DNA of 64,000 bases from an uncultured Acidobacteriota bacterium (lineage in GTDB: Bacteria > Acidobacteriota > Vicinamibacteria > Vicinamibacterales > 2-12-FULL-66-21). Location: contig CAVWLB010000010.1 of assembly GCA_963755695.1 (NCBI GenBank), positions 1,002,952 to 1,066,951 of the forward strand, written 5' to 3'. This document shows positions 8,840 through 18,866 of this stretch, piece by piece; position 1 is the stretch's first letter, and the number at the start of each line of letters is the position of its first letter. Below the pieces are notes generated by a model. It ran no database searches and was not told where the DNA came from. It saw only the letters and a list, made by a program, of their open reading frames with translations. The translations under genes and the position numbers were made by a program.

Positions 8840-10042
8840 ATGCTTGATTTCGATCTCACTGAGGAACACCGGATCCTCGAACAAACGGTTCGCGAGTGGG
8901 GCGCCCGCGAGGTGGCCCCGAAGATTCACGATCTGGATCGCGAGCATCGTTTCGATCGCAACTACCTCAAACACATGGCGGACATGGGTCTGCTCGGCTG
9001 CTCGGTGCCGCAGGAATACGGCGGCGCGGGAATGGACTACATCAGCCTCGGCCTCGTGAGTGAGGAACTGGAGTACCTCGACACGTCACTCCGCGTGATC
9101 ATGTCGGTGCACGCCGGGCTCAACTGCCTGACGCTGCTCACGTGGGGGACGGAAGACCAGAAGAGGCGGTATCTGGTCCCGCAGGCTCAAGGTAAGAAGA
9201 TTGCAACCTACGGGTTGACTGAGCCTGCTGCGGGCAGCGATGTTCGAGGGATCCAGACCACCGCCGTCAAGAAGGGGGATCGCTATTTCCTCACCGGCGA
9301 GAAGATGTGGATTTCGCTGGCGGACGTGGCCGACAACTTCCTGGTGTTCGCCTGGACGGATGCCGAGAAGAAGAAGCAGAAAGATCCCTCGGGGATCAGC
9401 GCCTTCATCATCGAACGGGAGTTCAAGGGATTCTCGAGCGGCACGCTGAAAGAGAAGTGGGGAATCCTCGCCGGCAACACCGGCTTCTTCAAGATGGACG
9501 AGGTCGACGTGCCGGAGGCCAATCTGGTTGGGCGTCCTGGTGAGGGTTTCAAGATCGCGATGTTTGCCCTCGACCAGGGACGGTACACCGTTGCCGCCGG
9601 GGCGACGGGGTTGGTCCGCGCGTGCCGCGACGCCAGTGTGAAATACGCCAAGGAGCGCAAGACCTTCGGCGTCGAGATCGGCCAGCACCAGTTGGTGAAG
9701 GAAATGATCGCGCAGATGGAATCGGACTATCAGGCCGCCCGGTTGTTGTGGATGCGTGCCGGAGTTCTGAAGAACGCGGGCCGCCGCAATACACGCGAGA
9801 CCGGCCTGGCGAAGTGGTTCTCGACGGTGGCATCCGAGCGCGCCGCCGGGGATTGCGTGCAGGTGCACGGCGCCAATGGCTATTCCGATGAATATCCGGC
9901 CGGCCGCTTCTATCGCAACTGCAAGGGCGCGGTGATCTACGAAGGAACGCGCGAGATTCACAAGGTCATGCAGGCGGACTACGTGCTGGGCTATCGGCAA
10001 GACAAGCCCACGCGGTGTGAATTGCCGCCCCATCGATCGTGA
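8840..10042 (+). CDS. acyl-CoA dehydrogenase
   Basis: [58 protein letters not shown]. 400 aa. Confidence 0.9.
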   Translation: MLDFDLTEEHRILEQTVREWGAREVAPKIHDLDREHRFDRNYLKHMADMGLLGCSVPQEYGGAGMDYISLGLVSEELEYLDTSLRVIMSVHAGLNCLTLLTWGTEDQKRRYLVPQAQGKKIATYGLTEPAAGSDVRGIQTTAVKKGDRYFLTGEKMWISLADVADNFLVFAWTDAEKKKQKDPSGISAFIIEREFKGFSSGTLKEKWGILAGNTGFFKMDEVDVPEANLVGRPGEGFKIAMFALDQGRYTVAAGATGLVRACRDASVKYAKERKTFGVEIGQHQLVKEMIAQMESDYQAARLLWMRAGVLKNAGRRNTRETGLAKWFSTVASERAAGDCVQVHGANGYSDEYPAGRFYRNCKGAVIYEGTREIHKVMQADYVLGYRQDKPTRCELPPHRS

Positions 10043-10098
10043 CTACCGGATGAGCAGGAGCACGGCCGACTTCACGGTCGGTTCTAGAGGGAGCCGGA

Positions 10099-11088
10099 AT
10101 GAATTCTGATCTCTCGCTCGACTTTCTCCGCGTCGTCGAGCAGGCGGCAATCGCCTGCGCGCACACGATGGGCCAGGGAGACGGCCACAAGTCGGACCGG
10201 GCCGCCGTCGAGGCCATGCGGAGCTGCCTGGACACAGTGCCGATTGACGGGACGATCGTGATCGGCGAAGGGGAGCGCGACGAAGCACCGATGCTCTTTA
10301 TCGGCGAGAAAGTGGGAATGGGAGCGAAGCAGAAGCTTCCGTTCGGCATCGAGTTTCCCTCCGTCGACATTGCGGTCGATCCACTCGAGGGGACCAACCT
10401 CTGTTCGACCGGAGCGCCGAACGCAATCGCGGTGCTGGCGGCGTCGAGCAAGGGCGGGCTGCTGCACGCGCCCGACCTCTACATGGAAAAGCTGGTGGTC
10501 GGACCCAGCGCGAAGCAGGCGGTGAGCCTCGACGCCACGGTCGCGGAGAACCTGCGGGCGATCGCTCGCTGCCTCGAGCGTGACGTCGCCGACCTGGTCG
10601 TGGTCGTCCTCGACCGGCCCCGCCACGTGCAACTCATCGAAGACATCCGCGCGACCGGCGCCCGTATTCGCCTGATCTCCGATGGCGACCTGTCGGCGGG
10701 CATTGCCGCCGCGGTCGTTGGCAGTGGTGTACATGCGGTGATGGGCACCGGAGGAGCGCCCGAAGGGGTGCTGACCGCCGCGGCGATGCGCTGCCTGAAC
10801 GGCGAAATCTTCGCGCGGCTGGTGATCAAGAAGCCGGAGGACGAGGAACGCTGCCGCGCGATGGGCGCCGATCCCAGGCGAGTCTACACCTCGAGGGATC
10901 TCGCGTCCGGCAAGGGGATCGTCTTCGCCGCCACTGGCGTGACCGACGGCACGCTGATGCGCGGGGTGCGCTTCTTCGGCGACGGCACCCGCACGAGCTC
11001 GCTCGTGATGCAGAGCGATCCCCCGCGGATCCGCTTCGTCGACACCATTCACGTCGAACAGTCACGGATGGTCAGAGTTCGATTCTAG
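10099..11088 (+). CDS. glpX: class II fructose-1,6-bisphosphatase
   Basis: [37 protein letters not shown] and [14 protein letters not shown] blocks characteristic of GlpX. Confidence 0.9.
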   Translation: MNSDLSLDFLRVVEQAAIACAHTMGQGDGHKSDRAAVEAMRSCLDTVPIDGTIVIGEGERDEAPMLFIGEKVGMGAKQKLPFGIEFPSVDIAVDPLEGTNLCSTGAPNAIAVLAASSKGGLLHAPDLYMEKLVVGPSAKQAVSLDATVAENLRAIARCLERDVADLVVVVLDRPRHVQLIEDIRATGARIRLISDGDLSAGIAAAVVGSGVHAVMGTGGAPEGVLTAAAMRCLNGEIFARLVIKKPEDEERCRAMGADPRRVYTSRDLASGKGIVFAATGVTDGTLMRGVRFFGDGTRTSSLVMQSDPPRIRFVDTIHVEQSRMVRVRF

Positions 11089-11353
11089 ACTGCAGACTGC
11101 AGACTGCAGACTGAAGATTGGTATTGCCGATTGATGATTGTAGATTCCATTGACGATTGGTGATTGTAGATTCCATTGACGATTGGCGATTGGCGATTGG
11201 CGATTGGCGATTGGCGCCAATTTACAATTAAATCATCAGTCACAATTCCAAAATCCTCGCTCCCCAATCATCAATCAGAATCGTCACTCGTCAATCCAAT
11301 CGACAATCTGCAATCCGCAATTAGAATCTGCATTCTGCAATCTGCAATCTGCA
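11089..11353. repeat. 265-nt nested tandem/mirror repeat array filling the whole glpX-MFS gap
   Basis: (GACTGCA)x3.5 at 11088-11115. Perfect 26-nt tandem duplication at 11135-11160 and 11161-11186. (CGATTGG)x5 at 11180-11214. GGCGCC centre. The right half is made of CAATC words and ends with (TCTGCAA)x3 at 11334-11354, running into the ATG. Confidence 0.9.
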
Positions 11354-12607
11354 ATGAATTATCGTCAGAACCTAGTGGCCGTGACCGCGGCCTCGTTCAT
11401 CGGGTTCATGGGCTTCACGCTCGTGATGCCGTTTCTTCCGCTCTACTTCCATCAACTCGGCGTAACCGATGTCGGCGAGGTCGCGACCTGGTCCGGCCTG
11501 TGCCTGGGGGTGACGCCCGCGCTCACGGCGCTGCTGGCGCCGGTCTGGGGACGGGTGGCCGATCGCTTCGGCCGGAAGATCATGGTCGTGCGCTCGCTGG
11601 CGAGCTTCGTGCTGGTGATGGGCGCGATGGGTGTAGTGACGCACGCGTGGCATGTGTTCGCGCTTCGCGCAGTCCAGGGACTGTTTGCCGGCTATGGCGC
11701 GCTCACCTTGACGATGGCGGCCGATTCGGCGCCGAAGGGGCGGATGGCTCAGGCGATTGGGACGGTGCAGACGGCGCAGCGGCTCGGCCCGGCGCTGGGA
11801 CCGGTATTCGGCGGGATCGTGGCCGCGCTGGTGGGTCTTCGCCGCGCCTTCTTCGTTGCGGCGGTGTGCTATCTCGTGGCGGTGGTGCTGGTGTTGCTGA
11901 TGTATCACGAGCCGCCGCGACATACACGCGCCGATGGAAGCGGCGGCACCGGGTCGACGGTCACCTTTCGCAACGTCCTGGCGTTCGAGAATTTCCTGCT
12001 GATGATGGCGGTGATCTTCGGGCTGCAGTTCGTCGATCGCAGTTTCGGACCGATCCTGCCGCTCTATGTGGGAGCACTCGGCATCGCTCCTGAGCGGATC
12101 CCGCTGACCTCAGGCGCGCTGTTTTCGATCGCTGCCGGGACCGGGGCGGTCGGTCATCATTACTGTGCGGCGCTGATGCGCCGGCGATCGCCGACCGCGA
12201 TCATCACCCTGGCGTGCGCGGTTGCGGCGGCCGGAGCCGCGGTGATCGTCATCGCGCGTGATGCGCGATGGCTGTTCGCGGGCGCACCACTCTTCGGCCT
12301 TGCGATTGGCGCCGGCATGACCGCCGCGTATACCGCAGCGGGGAGCGTGGTGCCGGCAAGCGCTCGGGGCGCGGGGTTTGGCCTTCTGACCACCTCGTCG
12401 CTGATCGGTCTCGCTTTGAGCCCGATCGTCAGCGGCCTGCTCGGCGCCACCTCCATTCGCGCGGTGTTCGCGCTCGACGTGGTCGGACTCGGTGCGCTGG
12501 CGATCGCCGTGCACCGCATCGGAGGCGACGAGCGCCCAAAGCAACCCATGGTGGTCGGCGAGGAGCCGAAGATCGCAGAGGAACCGTTACTGTCGGAAAC
12601 GGTGTAG
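11354..12607 (+). CDS. MFS transporter
   Basis: About 12 hydrophobic segments and a GRVADRFGRK loop 2-3 MFS signature. ATG 11354 was chosen because the upstream part of ORF 11183 is just the repeat array. Confidence 0.8.
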   Translation: MNYRQNLVAVTAASFIGFMGFTLVMPFLPLYFHQLGVTDVGEVATWSGLCLGVTPALTALLAPVWGRVADRFGRKIMVVRSLASFVLVMGAMGVVTHAWHVFALRAVQGLFAGYGALTLTMAADSAPKGRMAQAIGTVQTAQRLGPALGPVFGGIVAALVGLRRAFFVAAVCYLVAVVLVLLMYHEPPRHTRADGSGGTGSTVTFRNVLAFENFLLMMAVIFGLQFVDRSFGPILPLYVGALGIAPERIPLTSGALFSIAAGTGAVGHHYCAALMRRRSPTAIITLACAVAAAGAAVIVIARDARWLFAGAPLFGLAIGAGMTAAYTAAGSVVPASARGAGFGLLTTSSLIGLALSPIVSGLLGATSIRAVFALDVVGLGALAIAVHRIGGDERPKQPMVVGEEPKIAEEPLLSETV

Positions 12608-12657
12608 CGGCAATACTCGAACCGCGGCATGCGGCGATCACTGATAATCGAGCTTCA

Positions 12658-13269
12658 ATGCCAATGCTGCTCAGCACCGACGCGAGTGCGATTCGTGATG
12701 CCGCGCAGCTTCTGCGCGACGGGCGGGTCGTCGCCTACCCGACGGATACCCTGTACGGCCTTGCCGTCGATCCGCGAAATGTCGTGGCCGTGCGACGATT
12801 GTTCGAATTGAAGGGACGCGCGGAAACCACTGCGCTGACACTGATCGCTGCCGATCTCGCGCAAGCGGAGGCGGCAGGCGACTTCAACCCGCTTGCCTCG
12901 CGGCTTGCTGCACAGTGGTGGCCGGGCCCGCTCACGATTGTCGTGACGGCACGATCGATCATCGCGCGCGAGACGCTTGCCGGCGGCACAACCGTGGGCA
13001 TTCGCGTGCCTGCCCATGATGTGGCCCGAGCATTGGCAGGCGAATTCGGCTTCTGCATCACTGCAACGAGCGCGAACCGCTCGGGCGCGAATCCCGCGGT
13101 CGTCACCGCAGAGGTGATCGCGGCGCTGCCGCAGGTCGATGCGGTGATCGATGCAGGCGGCGTGAAAGGCGGCGCACCGTCGACGCTCGTCAGCGCGCAC
13201 GACGGGCGTGCAACGCTCGTTCGAGAAGGCGCGATCGCCTGGGACCACGTGATAAGATCGCTGCAGTGA
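12658..13269 (+). CDS. tsaC: L-threonylcarbamoyladenylate synthase (YrdC/TsaC type)
   Basis: VVAYPTDTLYGLAVDP, FELKGR, WPGPLTIV, VGIRVP and ATSANRSG motifs. Internal ATG of ORF 12268..13269. Confidence 0.85.
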   Translation: MPMLLSTDASAIRDAAQLLRDGRVVAYPTDTLYGLAVDPRNVVAVRRLFELKGRAETTALTLIAADLAQAEAAGDFNPLASRLAAQWWPGPLTIVVTARSIIARETLAGGTTVGIRVPAHDVARALAGEFGFCITATSANRSGANPAVVTAEVIAALPQVDAVIDAGGVKGGAPSTLVSAHDGRATLVREGAIAWDHVIRSLQ

Positions 13270-14531
13270 TGCGGGAAAGGGCGGCGCTCGTCGGCCTTAT
13301 CAACGACTCCCAGAGACCTTTCGACCCGGAACATTCCCTCGACGAACTGGCCGGGCTCGCGACGGCCGCGGGCGCCGACGTCGTGCTGCGCCTGCTGCAG
13401 GAGCGCGAGAAGCCGGATCCCGCAACCTTCCTCGGCAGCGGAAAGGTGCTCTCGCTCGCGCAGTCGTGCGAAGCGACCCGCGCCGATGTCGTCATCTTCG
13501 ACAACGAGCTGAGCCCGGCGCAACTGCGCAACCTCGAGCGCGCGCTCGATCGGAAGGTGATCGATCGTACGCAGCTCATTCTCGACATTTTCGCTGCCCG
13601 CGCGCGAACCCGCGAAGGCAAGCTCCAGGTGGAACTGGCGCAGCTCAAATACGTGATGCCGCGTCTGGTCGGTGCCGGCTCCGCGCTCTCGCGTCTCGGC
13701 GGCGGAATTGGCACCAGGGGTCCCGGGGAAACGAAACTCGAAACCGATCGTCGGCGGATCCGGCACCGGATCAGTATTCTGTCGAAGGAAATCGACGCCG
13801 TTCGCCGCCGCCGCTCGCAGCTGCGCGAGCGCCGCCACAAAGCCGCCGTGCCGACGGTGGCGCTGGTCGGTTACACCAACGCCGGAAAGACCACGCTCTT
13901 CAACACGCTCACCGGCGACGATGCGGTCGCGTCGGACGCGCTGTTTGTCACCCTCGATCCGCTGCTGCGCAAGGTGAAACTGCCGGATCGCCGCGAGCTG
14001 ATCGTGTCGGACACGGTCGGCTTCATCGATCGCCTGCCGCACACGCTCGTGGCCGCCTTCCGCGCAACGCTCGAGGAGGTCGCCGGAGCCGATCTGCTGC
14101 TTCACGTCATCGATGCGGCGGATCCCGAGCGCGAACGTCACGTCGACGCGGTGCGGACGGTGCTGGCGGAGGTCGGAGCCAATTGCGTGCCGGTGCTCGA
14201 CGTGTTCAACAAGACCGATCTTCTGGATCAGGCAGAGCGCGAACGGCTGTCGGCCGTCTACCCTGGAGTCTTGCGCGTATCGGCCCTCAGGGGCGACGGC
14301 CGCGATGAACTGATTGCCGCGATGGAGTCGCGGCTCGCACTCGACACCGCGAAGGTCACCTTCGAGTTCGACGCCGAGGACGACAGCAAACGTCACGAGA
14401 TCTCGCAACTCTATCGCCTTGGCCGCATTCTCCGGCACGCGGCGTCGGACGGCCACGTCACCATCGAAGCCGAGATCCCGCGGCGTCTGCTCGGACGCTT
14501 CCGCAGGGAAGGCTCGCGTGCGGGTGTGTAA
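13266..14531 (+). CDS. hflX: GTPase HflX
   Basis: LQVELAQLKYVMPRL, GGGIGTRGPGETKLETDRR, G1 GYTNAGKTTLFN, DTVGF and NKTD. Confidence 0.92.
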   Translation: MMRERAALVGLINDSQRPFDPEHSLDELAGLATAAGADVVLRLLQEREKPDPATFLGSGKVLSLAQSCEATRADVVIFDNELSPAQLRNLERALDRKVIDRTQLILDIFAARARTREGKLQVELAQLKYVMPRLVGAGSALSRLGGGIGTRGPGETKLETDRRRIRHRISILSKEIDAVRRRRSQLRERRHKAAVPTVALVGYTNAGKTTLFNTLTGDDAVASDALFVTLDPLLRKVKLPDRRELIVSDTVGFIDRLPHTLVAAFRATLEEVAGADLLLHVIDAADPERERHVDAVRTVLAEVGANCVPVLDVFNKTDLLDQAERERLSAVYPGVLRVSALRGDGRDELIAAMESRLALDTAKVTFEFDAEDDSKRHEISQLYRLGRILRHAASDGHVTIEAEIPRRLLGRFRREGSRAGV

Positions 14532-15885
14532 CCTCCGGAAACTGGCGGGTCTGCTCCTCGTGGCCATCCTGACGGCCTGCGCCCCGAAGCGGCTGCCGGC
14601 GCCAACGCCCGGCGTACAGCGATTTCCGGACTTCGTGTATCCAACTGCGCCAGAGGGGCTGGGAGAGCCGGGGATTCTCGAACAACACCAGACCGGGTGG
14701 CTCTACCTCCAGGCAGGCGATACGCGAAACGCGGACCGCGCCTTTTCAGCAATCGTCAAATCGTCGCCGGAGTTCTACCCGGCGGAAGCCGGCCTGGGCT
14801 ACGCGGCTCTGGCCCGCAAGGATGCACAGGCGGCGGTCAATTATTTCGATCGCGCGCTGGCCAAAAACACCTCCTACGCGCCGGCGCTGGCCGGCAAGGG
14901 AGACGCCCTGCTGTCGGCCGGGCGGACCGAGGCTGCGCTGGAGGCCTTCGAATCGGCGCTGAAGGCGGATCCGTCGATGACCGCGCTCCGCAGCCGGGTC
15001 GACGTGCTGCGTTTTCGTGACGCGCAGCAACAGATTGCCTCGGCCCGAAAGTCTGCAGACGCCGGGCAGTTCGATGAGTCGCGACGCGCCTACCTGGCCG
15101 CGATCGCGGCGTCACCGCAGAGCGCGTTCCTCTACCGCGAGCTTGCCGGCGTCGATCGGCGCGCGGGCGACCTGGCCTCGGCGCTGATCCACGCCCAGCA
15201 GGCCGTCACCCTCGATCCGTCGGATGCGCGCGCGCTGACCCTGGTCGCGGAGATTTACGAGGCCAATCACGACTGGACCAAGGCCGCCGACGCGTACACC
15301 GCGGCAAGCGCCATCGAGCCGGGTGATGCGCTGGCGGCCAAGGCGGACGCCATGCGCGAGCGAGCGGCCTTCGACACGATGCCCGAGGAGTACCGCACGA
15401 TCGAGAGCGCGGAAACCATCACCCGGGCGCAACTCGCGGCCCTGCTCGCGGTGCGGCTCGAGGATCTGCTGCGCCGCGCGCGATCGTCGGGCGCGGTCGT
15501 TCTCACCGACACCCGCGGCAACTGGGCGGCGCCGTGGATCCTTGCCATCACCCGCGCCGGGGTCATGGACGCATTTCCAAACCACACCTTTCAGCCATCG
15601 ACCGTGGTCCGGCGCGTCGACCTCGCACAGGCGGCCAACCACGTCTTGACGTTGATTGCAGCGGAGAAGCCGCGCGTCGCCGCGAGGTGGAGTGATGCCC
15701 ACCCACATTTTCCGGATGTGTCTCCCTCGCACCTGAGCTATCCAGCGGCAGCCAGCGCGGTGGCATCTGGCGTGATGACCACCGACGAAGGGGGCGCCTT
15801 TCAGTTGACTCGCCCGGTGACAGGCGCCGAGGCGCTCACCACGGTGTCGCACCTCGCAGCGCTCGCCGGGGGCACGTCGAGATGA
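14518..15885 (+). CDS. lipoprotein with TPR repeats and C-terminal SLH-like repeats
   Basis: Signal plus lipobox LLLVAILTAC. TPR units in the middle. C-terminal GNWAAPWILAITRAGVMDAF...F.P and FPDVSPSHLSYPAAASAVASGVM resemble S-layer homology repeats. GTG start overlaps the hflX end. Confidence 0.65.
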   Translation: MRVCNLRKLAGLLLVAILTACAPKRLPAPTPGVQRFPDFVYPTAPEGLGEPGILEQHQTGWLYLQAGDTRNADRAFSAIVKSSPEFYPAEAGLGYAALARKDAQAAVNYFDRALAKNTSYAPALAGKGDALLSAGRTEAALEAFESALKADPSMTALRSRVDVLRFRDAQQQIASARKSADAGQFDESRRAYLAAIAASPQSAFLYRELAGVDRRAGDLASALIHAQQAVTLDPSDARALTLVAEIYEANHDWTKAADAYTAASAIEPGDALAAKADAMRERAAFDTMPEEYRTIESAETITRAQLAALLAVRLEDLLRRARSSGAVVLTDTRGNWAAPWILAITRAGVMDAFPNHTFQPSTVVRRVDLAQAANHVLTLIAAEKPRVAARWSDAHPHFPDVSPSHLSYPAAASAVASGVMTTDEGGAFQLTRPVTGAEALTTVSHLAALAGGTSR

Positions 15886-16427
15886 GCCTGACGGCGGCGA
15901 ACCAGCTCACGATCACGCGAATGCTGCTGATTCCGGCGTTCGTGATCCTGCTGATGTACGGCTATCGGGGATGGGCACTGCTCACGTTTTTCGGCGCCGC
16001 GCTCACCGACCTCTTCGATGGGCTGATCGCGCGATGGACCGGCCAGAAGACCACCCTTGGGGCCTGGCTCGACCCGATGGCCGACAAGCTGTTGCTGGTG
16101 ACGATGTTCGTGATGCTGACGCTTCCGGACATCGGCGCGCCGAATCGGCTTCCGCTCTGGTTCACGGTCCTCGTCATCAGCCGTGACGTCTGCATCGTTG
16201 CGACGGTAGCGGTGTTCAACCTGGCGCTGGGGCGCCGGACGTTCCGCCCGTCGATGTTCGGCAAGGTCGCAACCGCGACCTACATCGTGACCGGCGTGGC
16301 GGCCTTGTATTTCAACTATCTGAATCAGCCGTCCCAACTGGTTCAGGCACTGATTTACGCGTCGCTTGCCATTACCGTCATTTCAGCAGGCCATTACGCC
16401 GTCCAGGTCGCGCGCATGGGACACTGA
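15882..16427 (+). CDS. pgsA: CDP-alcohol phosphatidyltransferase (PgsA-like)
   Basis: DLFDGLIARWTGQKTTLGAWLDPMADKLL matches the D-G-x2-A-R-x8-G-x3-D-x3-D signature. 181 aa, multi-TM. Confidence 0.8.
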   Translation: MSLTAANQLTITRMLLIPAFVILLMYGYRGWALLTFFGAALTDLFDGLIARWTGQKTTLGAWLDPMADKLLLVTMFVMLTLPDIGAPNRLPLWFTVLVISRDVCIVATVAVFNLALGRRTFRPSMFGKVATATYIVTGVAALYFNYLNQPSQLVQALIYASLAITVISAGHYAVQVARMGH

Positions 16428-16485
16428 GAAAAAGAAGACGGAAGACAGAAGGCGGGAAAAAGCAACCGGAAGGCGGAAGCTGGAC

Positions 16486-17415
16486 CTACACCTTCCCGCG
16501 GAAGTATGCGAGAGTTTTCGTCAGGCCTTCTTCGAGGCCGACTTTCGGTTCCCAGCCGAGGATGGCCCGTGCCCGCGCGATATCGGGCTGACGCACTTTG
16601 GGATCGTCTTCCGGCAGCGGCCGGTAGACGATCTGGCTCTGCGATTTGGTCATGCGGATGATCGCTCGCGCGATGTCCTCGATGGTCATCTCGCGAGGGT
16701 TGCCGATGTTGACCGGATCGTTCTCCTTCGACTCCATCAGCCGGACGATCCCCTCGACCAGATCGCTGACGTAACAGAAGCTGCGCGTCTGCTTGCCGCT
16801 GCCGAAGATCGTGACCTCCTCGCCGCGCAGCGCCTGGCTCATGAACGCGGGGACCGCCCGGCCGTCGTGCAATCGCATGCGGGGGCCGTAGGTGTTGAAG
16901 ATCCGCACAATCTTCGTGTCCAGCGCGTGGTACCGGTGATAGGCCATGGTCATCGCCTCGGCGAAGCGCTTGGCTTCGTCGTAGACGCCGCGTGGACCGA
17001 CGGGATTGACGTTGCCCCAGTAGGTTTCTGTCTGGGGATGCTCGAGCGGGTCGCCATAGACCTCGGAGGTCGAGGCCAGCACGAACTTGGATCCCTTCGC
17101 CTTTGCCAGTCCCAGCGCCTTGTGCGTGCCGAGCGCCCCGACTTTCAACGTCGGGATCGGCAGTTCGAGGTAGTCAATCGGGCTGGCCGGGCTGGCCCAG
17201 TGAAGAACCACATCGACCGGGCCGTCAATGTAGATGTAATTGGTGACGTCGTGCTTGATGAACGTGAAGTCGCGCCCGTGCAGGTGCGAGATGTTGTCGG
17301 TATTTCCCGTCAACAGGTTGTCGACGCCAATGACCGAATACCCCCGGTCGAGGAGGGCCTCGGACAGGTGCGACCCGATGAATCCGGCTGCGCCGGTAAT
17401 GACTGCGCGAGGCAT
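16486..17415 (-). CDS. UDP-glucuronate decarboxylase (UDP-xylose synthase), SDR family
   Basis: [31 protein letters not shown] and the overall UXS-like sequence. Confidence 0.85.
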   Translation of the reverse strand: MPRAVITGAAGFIGSHLSEALLDRGYSVIGVDNLLTGNTDNISHLHGRDFTFIKHDVTNYIYIDGPVDVVLHWASPASPIDYLELPIPTLKVGALGTHKALGLAKAKGSKFVLASTSEVYGDPLEHPQTETYWGNVNPVGPRGVYDEAKRFAEAMTMAYHRYHALDTKIVRIFNTYGPRMRLHDGRAVPAFMSQALRGEEVTIFGSGKQTRSFCYVSDLVEGIVRLMESKENDPVNIGNPREMTIEDIARAIIRMTKSQSQIVYRPLPEDDPKVRQPDIARARAILGWEPKVGLEEGLTKTLAYFRGKV

Positions 17416-17432
17416 GCGACGGGCGTCAGGCG

Positions 17433-18866
17433 CTAGTAGGCGTGCCGGTGAAAGCCTCTAATCACCGTCAGCCACATGATCTTGAGATCCAACGACACGG
17501 ACCAGTTCTCGATGTAATAGAGGTCGTACTCGATGCGCTTCTCGAGCGAGGTGTTGCCGCGCCAGCCGTTGACCTGGGCCCAGCCGGTAATGCCCGCCTT
17601 CACTTTGTGACGCAGCATGTATTGCGGGATTCGATGCTTGAACTGCTCGACGAAGTAGGGACGCTCGGGGCGCGGACCGACGATCGACATGTCGCCGCGG
17701 AAGACGTTCCAGAGTTGCGGCAGTTCGTCGATATCGAAGCGCCGCAGCCATTTGCCGATCGGCGTGCACCGCGGGTCGTCGTCGCGCGCCCACACCGGGC
17801 CGGTCTCGTCCTCGGCTCCCTCATACATTGACCGGAACTTGTAAACGTTGAACGCGTTTCCGTCGAGTCCCATCCGCTCCTGCGTGTAGAACACGGGACC
17901 GCTGGAACTCCGCTTGATGATCAAGGCGATGAGCGCGAAGGGAATCGCCATGCCGGTCAGGGCGGCGCCGGAGATCGCGACGTCGATGGCGCGTTTCAGA
18001 AGGCTGTTGAACCCGCGCAGCGGAACGTCATTGAGGCTGATGATCGGAACGCCGTCGAGATTCTCGAGGCGCGCCCGCAGCGCGATGAACTGCAGCAGGT
18101 CGGGCACCACGTGCACGTCGACCCCTTCGCGGTTGGTCGCCTCGACCAGGCCGAGCATCTTGACGTGCTCTTCGAGCGGCAGAGCGACATAGACGTGATC
18201 GATCCGCTCCCGACGGATGATGTCGTCCGCCTCGCCGAGCATGCCGAGCAGCGGGATCCCGCGGTAGCCGATGTGGTCGCCGCCCGCCCGATCGTCGAGG
18301 AAACCGACAACCTTGAAGCCGAGTTCGCGATGCTCCAGCACCTTGTCGGCGACGACCCGTCCGAGATCACCGGCGCCGGCGATGAGGACCCGCTTCAGCC
18401 CGATGCCGGCACGCCAGCGGCGTTCGAGCGCTTCGCGAACCAGCTCGCGCGACGCGTAGGAGAACGCCACGTTGACCACCAGGAACAGCAGCCAGACGAA
18501 CTGCGAGACTTCGTACTGGCCGAGGTCCTTGGCGGCTTCGGAAACGTAATAGGTCTGGAAATACAGGGTGCCGCCGATCCCGAGCACGACGGTCAGGATG
18601 CTGCCGACGAACACGCCGAAGAAATCATCGACCCGCGACCGGCCGCGCCGCAGGCGGTAGAGGCCCTGCACCTGAAACGCCAGCGGGATCAGCACGCCAA
18701 TGAACGGAGCGAGCCGAAGGTAATTGGCAAACGGCGGGTATCCCTTGAAGACCGGGAGCCCGCTTTCGAAGCGAAGCAGGTAGGCGACCAGGAACGCCGC
18801 CATGCCGAGAAGGGCATCGCTGATGACGAAGAAGGCAACCAGCAGCCTGTTGTACCGGCGAATCAT
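17433..18866 (-). CDS. polyprenyl glycosylphosphotransferase (WbaP/EpsB-like priming enzyme)
   Basis: N-terminal TM segments, a central NAD-like domain, and a C-terminal bacterial sugar transferase block [21 protein letters not shown]...[11 protein letters not shown] 18866 overlaps the stop of the upstream GT by 4 nt. Confidence 0.88.
   Translation of the reverse strand: MIRRYNRLLVAFFVISDALLGMAAFLVAYLLRFESGLPVFKGYPPFANYLRLAPFIGVLIPLAFQVQGLYRLRRGRSRVDDFFGVFVGSILTVVLGIGGTLYFQTYYVSEAAKDLGQYEVSQFVWLLFLVVNVAFSYASRELVREALERRWRAGIGLKRVLIAGAGDLGRVVADKVLEHRELGFKVVGFLDDRAGGDHIGYRGIPLLGMLGEADDIIRRERIDHVYVALPLEEHVKMLGLVEATNREGVDVHVVPDLLQFIALRARLENLDGVPIISLNDVPLRGFNSLLKRAIDVAISGAALTGMAIPFALIALIIKRSSSGPVFYTQERMGLDGNAFNVYKFRSMYEGAEDETGPVWARDDDPRCTPIGKWLRRFDIDELPQLWNVFRGDMSIVGPRPERPYFVEQFKHRIPQYMLRHKVKAGITGWAQVNGWRGNTSLEKRIEYDLYYIENWSVSLDLKIMWLTVIRGFHRHAY

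Noticed and set aside
11183-11353. Upstream starts for the MFS gene (ORFs 11176 and 11183) inside the repeat array
   Set aside because: The translated segment is just the CGATTGG/CAATC repeat read as protein. The first TM helix follows ATG 11354.
8580-11353. CRISPR array interpretation of the repeat-rich gaps
   Set aside because: Repeat units are 7-8 nt (one of 26 nt), directly abutting, with no 25-40 nt unique spacers. The two halves are mirror-complementary. No cas genes are present in the window.
12735-14567. 610-aa ORF antisense to tsaC and hflX
   Set aside because: Same reasoning: it spans two convincing sense genes, has low-complexity Arg-rich sequence, and has no domain signatures.
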